A stretch of DNA of 63,780 nt, counting the filler, from Bigelowiella natans CCMP2755 (lineage: Eukaryota; Protista; Cercozoa): the NCBI GenBank assembly GCA_000320545.1. It is 7 parts of 7 records of this genome, joined end to end, with 100 filler letters (N's around TTAATTAATTAA, not from the genome) between each part and the next. Parts side by side here need not be neighbours in the genome. Positions count along the whole stretch, not along the records: positions 1 to 13,555 come from ADNK01002636.1; 6 more parts are not named here. One strand, 5' to 3'. The position numbers were made by a program, and so were the translations under genes. The notes below the pieces were generated by a model. The model was not told the origin of the DNA. It ran no database searches and saw only the letters and a program-made list of their open reading frames with translations. Of this stretch, positions 1 through 11,063 are shown one piece after another; the stretch's first letter is position 1; each line of letters opens with the position of its first letter.

Positions 1-1437
1 GGCGACTTCCTGCCTGAGCCAGAGGAGCTCCAGCACCTTCAAGAACACCTGGATAAATACAAACACAAGCATGAGGTACTTAGTGATAGGATATATGTAT
101 ACACTAATAATGTTAGGCGTACCTACGTGCCACGGCGGACCAGGGGAGCCCTTCTCTTTACCGCCCATGGACCTGCACACGTAGGAGAAAACCATATCAC
201 TGCTCTACTCTACCATTACTACTGGCCCTACAAGCTAAAAGAGATAAGGACATACCTGCGTGGCTGCAGGTGCTCCAGCTTGAAGGCGGCAGGCGTCGCC
301 ACCAAGGAGTCCAGCAAGAGCCGTGCATCTAAGAAAATCAAAGCAAGGAACTTCTTAGATATCGTGCAAATTGATGTTTATAAGTACGATGGCTATCACT
401 ACCTTACCTTCGTTGATGTGGCCACTGGAAAGTGCTGGGTTAAAAAGATTATCAAGGTCAACGTTGCTAAGAAGAACAAAGGCTTATATAAGCAGAGGCT
501 TACTAACTGCTACCGTACCTGGGAGTCTGAGCTCCAGGCTATCCCTGATGAAGTTAGCATAAACAAGATACCAAAGAAGTTACATGTGGATAATGAGACC
601 TCTCTTCTACAGCTACCACACCCTAATATTGATGCCTCACCTGTATACTATGCCCAGTCCAACTCCAAGGTAGAGCGACTCCACCGCACCTTGGCCAACC
701 TAAGCAGGATAAATAGCACCACACCAGACAAGATACAAGGGTTAGTAAACGACACCTTCACGTCTGGGGGAGGTATCAAGGATAAGGAGAGGGAAGAAGG
801 CGACGACAACGACGACGATACCGAGAGCGAAGACGAGAAGGTCCCGTACGATGGCCGAGTTCTAAAGGAAGGACAGTATGTTAGGGCCAAGGTAAATCTG
901 AGATCGAGAAATAAACAAGACCCCTTCTGGGGTGGCGTTGCAAAGGTTACCGAGAGGAAGGGGAGGAAGCAGTACTACATCTATGATGGGAACAGGGTCA
1001 CCTTGCGCCACATCAGTCACCTAAAGAATTATGATATCGGTGAGAAGCTCCTAGAGGATGTTAAAGTAAACCCTACTGTGTGGGAGCGAGCAATGCCTTG
1101 TTTAGGACCCCGACCTAAGTTCGATGTGGAATATGGAAACAATAAGGTCAGGGTGAACGACGATTGGCGCATGAAGATTGTCTATCTAGGCTACCCTGGA
1201 TTACGAAATATGGAGAGGGTAGCTATGAAAATAAAGGACGGAAAATATCAGCTACTCTACCTAGCTGTTCCCGACTTACCCTTTGAGCACTGGTATAAGG
1301 TCCTGGGGGACCTTGATGCAGAGGGCTGGTATGGACACGAACCTAAGGACGAAGGTGAGTTCTGGGTAAGCGACAAAGGAGATAAGGTTAGAGAGGAATC
1401 TATTACCTGGTGGTTGGTGAAGTTCCGAAAGCGATGA
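1..1437 (+). CDS. pol: Ty3/gypsy-type Pol polyprotein, C-terminal part (5'-truncated): HHCC zinc finger, DDE integrase core, acidic linker, SH3/GPY-F-like domain and terminal Dam-like methyltransferase-fold domain
   Basis: Frame 1 is open from base 1 to TGA 1435-1437. Motifs: RTYVP..R..LL..AH...HVG...YYWP...C.CS (integrase Zn finger), IVQIDV..LTFVDVATG, LHVDN, YYAQSNSKVERLHRTL (core), VLKEGQYVRAK...KQDPFWGG..KVTERKG..YYI..RHISHLK (C-terminal SH3-like). Intronless, unlike host genes. Confidence 0.9.
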   Translation, partial: GDFLPEPEELQHLQEHLDKYKHKHEVLSDRIYVYTNNVRRTYVPRRTRGALLFTAHGPAHVGENHITALLYHYYWPYKLKEIRTYLRGCRCSSLKAAGVATKESSKSRASKKIKARNFLDIVQIDVYKYDGYHYLTFVDVATGKCWVKKIIKVNVAKKNKGLYKQRLTNCYRTWESELQAIPDEVSINKIPKKLHVDNETSLLQLPHPNIDASPVYYAQSNSKVERLHRTLANLSRINSTTPDKIQGLVNDTFTSGGGIKDKEREEGDDNDDDTESEDEKVPYDGRVLKEGQYVRAKVNLRSRNKQDPFWGGVAKVTERKGRKQYYIYDGNRVTLRHISHLKNYDIGEKLLEDVKVNPTVWERAMPCLGPRPKFDVEYGNNKVRVNDDWRMKIVYLGYPGLRNMERVAMKIKDGKYQLLYLAVPDLPFEHWYKVLGDLDAEGWYGHEPKDEGEFWVSDKGDKVREESITWWLVKFRKR

Positions 1438-1480
1438 AGGTCTAAGGGAATAAGGAAGGAAGGAAGGAGCAACGTGACTT

Positions 1481-1488
1481 GGGGGAGG
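1481..1488 (+). promoter_or_regulatory. Polypurine tract (plus-strand primer site); a longer purine run lies at 1444-1469
   Basis: GGGGGAGG abuts the TG that begins the LTR; AAGGGAATAAGGAAGGAAGGAAGGAG lies just upstream. Confidence 0.75.
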
Positions 1489-1814
1489 TGTAGCGCGTAC
1501 CACTACGCGGGCACAAGTCACGTGCGACAACAAAGGGGTTGTCGCGGATATAGAATATAGATAACGTAGATATTAATACAGCATAGGCACGTGGGTTCCG
1601 GCGGGACTCATGGCAGCACACCGGAAGTGTGCTGCCCCACGTGCGGCGGCATTCGCGAAAGCTTCGCGAATGATTACGCAGTGCACGATTTAATAAAAAT
1701 ATAATCTTTAATAAAAATAAACACAACTCTTCAAAAGGAAGCAAACGTGCCTTCCCCCCCCCCTGCCTACTTGTGCACGTAGCGCCTCGGCCTGTGAACA
1801 CCTTACGCGCAACA
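1489..1814 (+). repeat. 3' long terminal repeat (326 bp)
   Basis: Begins TGTAGCGCGTA and ends TACGCGCAACA (10/11 inverted terminal match). TATA-like tract at about 1548-1578 and AATAAA signals at about 1692-1720. Following bases TCAAT are a candidate TSD; the 5' copy is outside the window. Confidence 0.8.
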
Positions 1815-2968
1815 TCAATTGACTGCATTCCAGACTGCTAGACGCCCTGAACGACACAAACCAGCAAAGGGATAGCGAGCATCCTGGGCCAGCACCACAA
1901 GCGGACCAAAAAACATTTCATTCATCGATGGACGTGGAATGGTGCTCCCAGCACATCTAGACATCACCATGGGAGAGCAAAAGTTTGCAGCTTCTCAAGG
2001 AGGGACTGAGCAAGTGAGAGACGAGTTTTCGTCTGGGGAAGGTGTCACATGCGCAGCTCTAGAGCTAGGGAGCTAGCTTGCTGGCGCGTCTGGGCGTGCG
2101 GGCGTGCTGTGAATTTTCCTCATCCGACACCTTCCTTAGCTTCAATGGAGACGCAGGCACTGGAGGTAGCGCCAGAGTCGAGAGGCGTCAGCCTTTTCCC
2201 CTCCTACGATGAATGAAGACGCCAGGTTTCGAAAGATTAACAAAGTTCGTTCTTTCGAATGACTGAAGTTTTGCGCACTGATCCCAAGATTGACAGAGCC
2301 TTGTTCTGTTGCAGCATCATCAACAAACCTTTGTTCACATGTTGCTGATGGATGTTACATTGGAAACCAACGACATTGCAAACTGTAGCAGGTCTCTCAC
2401 GCTAGCACGGATGGAAAAATGCTGGTGAGATCGAATTGTTCAAGTTGTCGCTGACTAGCGCCAAGTACTTGCGCGTCCGCAAGCTCCACTGCAGGTCAGC
2501 TAGCAAGCATAATGGGCAGTCAGTGCCCACACCGCTTAGCTAGCTTAGACCGCTAGACTGGTGCACATGAGCACTAGCTAGCTAGACTAGAATGGACACA
2601 ACGCAGCGTGATGTATGAGATGCATGGTGCATCACTATGCACACATAACTGTGCTAGAGTGTCCATCATTTGTGCGCGCCAACTGCGTGTGCGTATGCCG
2701 CGCACCTGCCTAGTTGCGAGTTAGGCAGCATTCCCAATTTCGGATGACACACGACTCAAATAGGCCATGACCACTTTCAAAAGCGGTTTTCGCACAATGA
2801 CCATATAAGATCGATGCTGTCGTTCATTATTGCAATTTGTTCAAGTGATCAGTTGTCACTTTGTTGTTTGATGGAAGAAGCTATAAAGCACAGCAAATAT
2901 AGTAGCGAGAACGATCATTGCTAGTTAGTAACGTGTTTGAAGTAATAAGAAGCATTAAATCGTATGAC

Positions 2969-3360
2969 TTAATTTTCTTCAAGTGTTTCTTTTGCTGCCC
3001 TTACGACGTCAGAAATCCGATATTCGCCCAATAATCCAGCTTCTTTGGCGGACGCAACTTGTAGCATTAATTCCGCAAGAACATTGCCAAACGCCTGGGT
3101 CAGCTCTCTCTCTTCGGCCTGAAGATCAGATATAATACTGTATTGACGTAGACGTTGAAAACTATTACAGAAACCTACTAGTATGCTAAGTAGTAAATCC
3201 ATATTGATCTCCTTCAACCATAACCTCTATAGCGTCCCATCCATCCTCCATAGCTTCTAAAGAATCATCATCGCTTGCGTATATCTATATAATTCGATTC
3301 ATCGGGGAATTTGTTAGTAGGCATGATGTAGTAGTAAATATACAAAAATCTTAATAAATC

Positions 3361-3398
<38 letters not shown>

Positions 3399-4172
3399 TA
3401 CATATATGAATATACTACATATATCACTCTCCAAGGTTTACATAAGACATACGACTATAAATAAGCTCCCAAATAAGCTCCCAAAACGCTCTTAATGTGT
3501 ACTTTCGGATCGTATTACCCCGAGAGTTTCAGCAGCTTCTCCTGCTCTGGCAAGGCACTTTACAAGCTCATCAGACGCCTTTACAATGGCAGTCCCATCT
3601 GCACCCTCCGTGCCAGAAGTGAGGCTATGCGAAGCAATCTCCAGGCCGTTTTGATCCTTTATTGCGCCATAACAAAGTATGGCCATATGAGGTGTCTTCC
3701 TTCAATGGAGAAACTTGGGATATCACAATGACAATACGATTGAACGGGCAGAAACCTCTTGGGGCTTCGAGTTAATTTCTTCCTCGAAATCGTCGTTGAC
3801 GGCCGCGATCTAATTGCAGCAGGAAGAAAAAGACAAACGTGGGGCGGCAATACTCTAGAATGCTGAGCGCTATCCAGAATAACGTTTCCATCTCTGTGCG
3901 TATGCGTTTGTGTTTTGAATATGGACACGTTTGCATTATGTCTCGAAATGTATGTGTGAGTGTGAGTGTGAGTGGGCGTTTGTGTGTGTGCGCGCGCGCA
4001 CGTTTTGCATGTTTTAGCGCGTGGTTTATTGCTTTAGTATTGAACGTACAAATGCGGAATTGACCAGGTCTTCAAACGATACCTTCGGACATTGTTAGCA
4101 ACAAATTAAGGAGGGGATTAGTCTTTGAGTCGATGAGAGAGGGAGAGAACGAGAGAAAAATAAAGAGAAAGA

Positions 4173-4217
<45 letters not shown>

Positions 4218-6187
4218 ACGTATCCCCCAACAGTCAACCAACAGTCTGGAAGCAGGAGAAAAACGCCACCGACCGGATTCTCCAAGGATTCGATCACATC
4301 TTCGTTGCCATCGTTCGTGCTGGGCTCTCCAGGAACAAAGAGCGCCGTCCGCAAGCCGATCTTCTCCTCCGCATCATGATCGATCTCCCATAGTTCCACC
4401 TGAATTATAAATCCACGTCGCTCTATCAGCGCAATTTTAGCGAAATGAAACGGAGAAAGCACGTGCTTTCGCCGCCTCCGTACCCATTCCACAGACTCTT
4501 CATCTCCCCCTGCATCGTGTACCAGCGCAACCTATGGGGGCATAATAAGAGTGGGAGAGCGAACAGGCAGTACTCAACGCGTGCAGCATCACGAAGAGAA
4601 AGAGGGATATAGCAAACAGCTGCCTCGGGTAATGCGAGCGAATCGAAGAGGAAGGGAGAAAACATGCAGATTTCGGTTTTGCCGTCTTGACGCTTGCATC
4701 ATCTTCCTCTCTACTCTTATCTCCAAGCTCTTCGTTTGACCTTCTTCTCTTCATCAATGACTGCGCCGAGACAAAGCTTGACCTCTGAAGCGATCTCAGC
4801 CCGATATATCTTTACATATTCCGCAGCAGCAGAGGCCATGTGCATGAAAAAGTAGAGGAAAGGGGGGGCGGCAATGATTGAGGGACCAAGGAGGGGAGGA
4901 GAGAGTTGAAGGGGGAAATGAAGGAGATGGATATCGAAGCCGTGAAAAATATACACAAAAAATAACATCAAAACATAGTTCGCACCGTATATACAAACTC
5001 GGGTTGCATTTGTAAGTTATCAAAACAAATTTTTACACCGCTGACAAAGAGGAATATGTTATCTTTTTAACGCGGCTTGCTTCGGCGTTGTTCGTTTTTA
5101 AAAGAACGCTGTCGTTGCTATTATTCGTTAATACGATATTGAATTTAAACAACCTGAGTAATTAATAACGAGCTACCGGGAGATACCGGAGGGTACTGGC
5201 GGCTCGCAATATCAAGCGCGTCGATGATGACTAGCTTGGGCAAAATATCGTATCCCACAGCTGCCATCACCTTTTCACAAAATGGAGATTGAAGGCCGAT
5301 CATACGATGAAATATGTATGTTGCGTGGATGCAGCAAAGGATTCGGTGATTAGCATCGTTGTCCACGCAAAGCGCCATAGACGACTCGTCCTCTAACGAT
5401 GCCACGCATCATGCACAGCAGAAGAAGGCATGCCTACCAACCGGCTCAACGAAGCTAATGCCGGATAGAACTTGCACGTTTAAGCTCTTTATCTGCGCCA
5501 TCCTTCTGATATTCCGAACCTACGGCGTTGGTGAATGCGTTAGTGCCAGTAAAGCATCAATGCCACAGAGGTCATGCAGAGAGTCGCTAATTGTGCGTCG
5601 CAACGTTGAACGGTTGCAATAACTACGATGTGTTTACGATGTATGAGAAGGAAAATGATCACCGAGGCCTCTGCGACAGACGGGTCACCTGGGACGGCAT
5701 ACACTATATTGCCTCCTGATAAGCGGTGAGAGCGATCAGAATGGCTATTACGAGGACAAGCATGGACACGATGGGCCGGAAAAGTACAAACAAAAAAGAA
5801 GACCTTGCCGCCCCTGCTCCCTCAGCTTGGAAGCTTCCTCAACTATCACCGAGGCAATCTTGTGATAAACAGTTGCGAAATCGTCGCTTTCGTCGTAGAT
5901 TGAGTCAAAAGTCAACACGTCTCGCGTAATGCCCGCCATTGCTGGATGCTCTTTAGTGCGAGCGTACACCTTTCTATGATGATCATTACAAGCGCGTATT
6001 AGGCTCCAATATATATGTCAATTAACTGTGTGTGTTTTTCTGCTGATAATTCGTCAAATTACTCTGCGCCTTCGAGTGCACGCTTCACCTCCAAAGAAAT
6101 AGATTCTGGGCGAGAGGGACCCAAGCTTGAATGAAAAAGGGATAATGGACTCATTACTCGATGAAGCGATGGTGAAGGAGGCTTATC

Positions 6188-6228
<41 letters not shown>

Positions 6229-6906
6229 TGGAGAAAATAGCTTTTTGGTTGGAATTTAAAACAAAATGCATATACCCGACAATGGTAATGTCTGGAAGCT
6301 CTTTTCCATTGGCGTCTTGCTGTGTTGCTCTGCAGGCATTACCCCGTCGCACTCTTCGCCTCCCCCCGTGTGATGACGAGTCCAGCAGGGAGAACTTCAC
6401 GATCTGGTTACCGATACGAGATTAAACCAAAACTCAATGGATGAAATGATGAATACTGTCAAAGAGAAATGTGGCGCGCTGTGTTATGTTTTTGGTGCTG
6501 GCACTGCATTTATCCACCTTTGTTCGAGGAGGAGGACGAGCCAGCGGGGGGAAGATGCGATTCGTGTTTAGAAGTGATATGTCCTGTTGTAGCCGGGACA
6601 TAACAGTCCGTCGCGGGGCCGGTGCTTTGGCCTGCGGAATATCCCCAAGTTACTCTTAAATAAATCCGAAATGTGTCACCATAAAGTATATCTAGAGGCT
6701 ATTATCTGCCTGTTTTTGCGCTTTTAAGAACGCCTATGGGACAACTCCTTCTTATCACATTCATCGGTATCGCATGCCAAAAGCTTTATGTTGACCTTTT
6801 GTATTTGTGATGTTGTTAATGCGGAGCTCAGTAACACCGGTGTGCAGAATAACAAGCACAGTGTTGTCACGCTGCAACCCCCCCTTCTGCAAAGGGACCC
6901 TATCAT
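2969..6906 (-). CDS. YabN-like protein: tetrapyrrole-methylase-like domain plus degenerate MazG-like C-terminus, with signal + transit peptide (multi-exon)
   Basis: GT-AG spliced exons give DITIVGLGPSRPESISLEVKRALEGAEKVYARTKEHP...TFDSIYDESDDFATVYHKIA...NIVYAVPGDPSVAEASVRNI...VQVLSGISFVEPVMAAVGYD...IIDALDIASRQYPP...LLITQIYRAEIASEVKLCL...VALVHDAG...VELWEIDH...TALFVP, colinear with the bacterial YabN N-domain. Last exon ELTQAFGNVLAELMLQV..AKEAG..YRISDVV resembles a MazG helix pair. Exons between about 3200 and 3830 are less certain. Confidence 0.8.
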
Positions 6907-7152
6907 CCTAAAATAAAATATATACATATAATTTTTTCCTTCACAAAATATATTGCAGGGTTAAGTGCAAACATTCATCATATTTCTCTCTTAAATCCCC
7001 CTTCCCTTTCCCTGTAATTGCTCGGCTTACGATTCGTTTGCTGTGAATCGGGATTCGGGTTTCGGGTGGGGGAGAAGAGAATTTCCGAGCGAATCTTTAT
7101 CGATTTTTTTGATGACACATCGCATTTTTTGTTGTCGCAGTCTAAATTCTCC

Positions 7153-9026
7153 ATGAATTCAGTCCAAAAATATTTGATGAATCAAGAAATATCCACTTCG
7201 CTTTTCCTACAGTGTGGCTTCCAGTAAGTTAGTTCGTTCTCCCCCTGCGACAATGTTGATGTCGTAGACTCTTCGAAAGCCAAAAATAAGTACATATTCT
7301 CGGTGTAGGGTATGCTATGAAAAGATTGACAAGCTCGATGGAAATGGAATTTTCGCAAGAGCCGTTACGCACTTCAACACACATAATATCGGGATAATAT
7401 CGATATTATATTTATCTAAATCGCTATTCCGAGAACGACTCGCCGCGCTCCTGGACCGATGTGGCACCCGTGAGCGGGCCAGGCCCCCCCTCCCGATTGC
7501 GATGCTTTCCCGGCCTCACAGCGATGGTTTGTGGCAAGTGTAAGGAACCGGTTAGGCTTCGCAAGCTGCTTCCAGTATGCGGGGCGGCGTTTCAGATAGT
7601 CGTCTTTACAAGTCTGGTTCTTGCGTTTCTGCAAGAAATGCCTGGGAAGAGAGTTGCAAAGCCAACCTTCTTCGGAGACAGAAACAGCTTGGACTCCTAC
7701 AATCGCGGTGATGATACTAACAGACCTTGTAGCCATGGTTGTTGATGTTTTGTCACGTGAAAATGGAGGGCGGGCGGTGTCAAGCGCGCGTGCGTTGATT
7801 GATTCCCGGCTGCTGCCGTTTGCTGTGTCTCCAGAGGTCGCGTCGGAGCATATTCGCAATGAGGCGCGGAGACAGAGCTATATGGAGGTCATGGCTGGCA
7901 ATATTGCTGAGCTCCAAAACTTTGGCCAGAACGTCTTTGCTAGCAGCCGGAAAGTCACCTCGGCTGGCTCGAAGAAGAAACGAAGGTATGCTGCTGCTTT
8001 GACAACGTTCGCTAAATCGGATTACACTGACATTTGAGGGAGGATTATGCAATGAGGTCTGGCATGATTTCACTTAGATCGAGCAGCTTGTACGACGGCG
8101 AAGGCGGGTTTTCCCCTGAGAACAACGACGGTCTCCTTGAGGATGTGTTTCTCACGTATGGCGAGGAAGCTTATTCAACCAATTTTTGACGTCACTCTAC
8201 CTGCCCGTGCGAACTAGCAGCTGTATCATTCTATCAAAAGACAGAACACACTCTGGGGAATCACGCGCACGCACACACACACACACACCCCTACACGTAT
8301 TTATGCATTTGTGTATTTACAGAGATATGTTTATATGTACGTTTGCTCGCGCAGTTATACACTTCTGTCACGTATTCAATGGAACCTTCTCTTCCTCTCG
8401 ACGCAATCCTGATTGCACCCACTGCTGCCCGCCCCTTCCCCCTCCCCAACAAACAAAACAGAGCACAACCCTCGATTCTGAAGAATGGGCTGTTGAAGAC
8501 CTATCAGATCGACTTTCTCAATTGGATGACACGGTAACGGTATATTTATGTAAGTAGCAGCGAGGTAACGACTCGATGATGCTTCGATAGATCACCGTGA
8601 CACATGGCATATCAGAGAGGATTTGCTTGTTCTTTTCTGGACCTTTCTCCTCGAGATCCGACTCATTAATCCTCTCTTTGCCGCTCGTTGACCGTGATTC
8701 GTTTCGAGGATTGCTGCCAATGCTGCTAAAAACCTTGCTCCTTTGTCCACGCACAATGCGCGGCAATTCTGATCTTTCTCAAGATCGGTCTTATTTGAGG
8801 TGATATACTGAGGCAGTTTGATTCGGTTTGGTTCGTACGTGCAGACTCTACAATCGTGGCGTTAGTGGAATCCTAGCAGATGAAATGGGACTGGGGAAGA
8901 CTGTGCAGGCTATATCGATGGTAGGCTACCTCTCGCAGTATGCAAATCAAACAGGACTGCATCTTATCGGTACGACTGGCGACCAAGATATAGAATTTTA
9001 TTCCATCTTCTTCGTGATTATATAAC

Positions 9027-9057
<31 letters not shown>

Positions 9058-9523
9058 TTGTGTAGATATACACTCTTTATTGGTAGTAGTTATGAATGCA
9101 TAACTAGCGTTTTTTGCTTTCGCTCGTGTATATGTTACTATCGTGCTAGTGTCGTTCACCAGAATGCTGCCAATACTTACCCTTTCAAACCTCCCTCCTC
9201 CCCCCTCCCCCCCCCTCCCCCGCCTCCTCCTCGATCTTTCCCCCCTTGCTATCATTGTGTTGGCCGATCCAAAGTCGTCCCCAAATCAACGATAGCGAAT
9301 TGGGAGAGAGAATTCCGAAAGTGGTTGCCGAACGTGAGAGCTGTGAAGATACTTGGAAACAAGACAGAGCGCGCGGAAGTCATTCAAAACCTCAGCCCTG
9401 AGACGTTTGACGTGCTAATCACTAGCTACGAGATGCTCATTATCGAGAAGGCCTTTTTCCGGCACTTCAATTGGCGTCTATTCGTCGTTGATGAGGTGTT
9501 GTTGTTGCTCTTACGATATCATC

Positions 9524-9569
<46 letters not shown>

Positions 9570-9981
9570 ATCTTTCCTCCTCCCCTTCCCCTTTCGTCGT
9601 GTATTACCATTTTTGCTCTTTTGAGACGGCCTAGAGCCATCATTTTGGGCCTTTTTGGCCAAGATTCGTGTCGTAGATACTCAGGGCTGCTGCCAAGAAC
9701 TTATATCACACAAATGAATAGAATGAAGCTCCGTCCAACGAGCAAATGAGTCGAGTAATACACCTTGCTTTTCCTCTTGTTTTCCCACCCCCTCTCTCGT
9801 TCTGCAGGCTCATCGATTGAAAAATGACCAATCGGTGTTATCCGGGGTTATGAGAGAGCTTAACACTAATTGCCGGTTTGTGCCCATCCCAACGCATATA
9901 CATTGAAAGGAAAGGATATCTCCTCCGAATTTTATTCTTCTCACAACCAATTCAACAATATATTACATTATAAATACACAT

Positions 9982-10016
<35 letters not shown>

Positions 10017-10035
10017 AATTGAGAATGTGCAGGCA

Positions 10036-10077
<42 letters not shown>

Positions 10078-10900
10078 AACACATGGTTCCTGAAACGACC
10101 ATTCTCTACCCCATTCCCCCCCCCCCCCCTTGCCTCAATCGCAGCTTGCTGCTGACGGGAACTCCTCTCCAAAACAACCTGCACGAGTTATGGGCCCTGC
10201 TAAACTTTTTAATGCCAAAGCAATTTCAAGACTCAGAGGCCTTTGAACAGTATCTAAATCTCACTGCTACGACACCTACAGGCTCGAGCAGCAGCCAAAG
10301 CAGGAACGAGAGTGTCATTAGCAGCAGCAACAGCATCAACGGAAGTAGTAGCGGTGGCGAAGCAAGCGGGGGAAATCATGATCTCGTGAGGCGGCGGCTG
10401 CACGGCATTTTGAGGCCGTTTATGCTTCGCCGACTTAAATCAGAGGTTATATTATGTTCTCTATTGAAAGCGGATTGCATTGTTCAAGTGTATATGGCAC
10501 ATTCACTCGTTGGATCGTGCCTGTTTAAGCGTTGGCGCTGCCGAGCCCTCGTCCATACATGCGTATTTATGTTCCCACAATCGACAAATTATTGGGTTGG
10601 AAACACTCAAGAGCGAGAAATATGAGACGGCTGAACGAGAAATTCGTCTCGAGCAATATTGATTTGACGGATTGCAATTTACACCTCCAGCAGTAAAGGA
10701 CTAGATGCTCATTGCTTGTTTGTCTCCATGTCTCTGTTTTTGCGCCTGTGTTTTGATAGGTTGCACGATCGGTTCCACCACGAACGGAGATCAACGTGTA
10801 CTTGCGGCTGTCACCGAATCAACGTGCCCTGTACCGCAATATTTTGATTAAGGATTTTGATGCCGTGTCAGGGGGTACTACTTGCATGCTGTCGGCTTCT

Positions 10901-10938
<38 letters not shown>

Positions 10939-11006
10939 ATATATAATTATATTATGTATATATACTTACATGATTGTGAAGAATCTATCTCCTCTCTGTC
11001 TTTCTC

Positions 11007-11063
<57 letters not shown>

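Larger units (their letters stand above)
1..1814 (+). mobile_element. 3' portion of a Ty3/gypsy-like LTR retrotransposon (integrase - PPT - 3' LTR)
   Basis: Integrase is last in pol (gypsy order). A purine tract ending GGGGGAGG (1481-1488) is immediately followed by a TG...CA-bounded LTR. Confidence 0.88.

Noticed and set aside
1587-1644. LTR three-way junction as a hammerhead ribozyme
   Set aside because: Neither strand has the CUGANGA plus GAAA core in the required positions.
1900-2330. Possible decayed coding or transposon sequence next to the LTR
   Set aside because: No ORF or recognisable motif; cannot be supported without a search.
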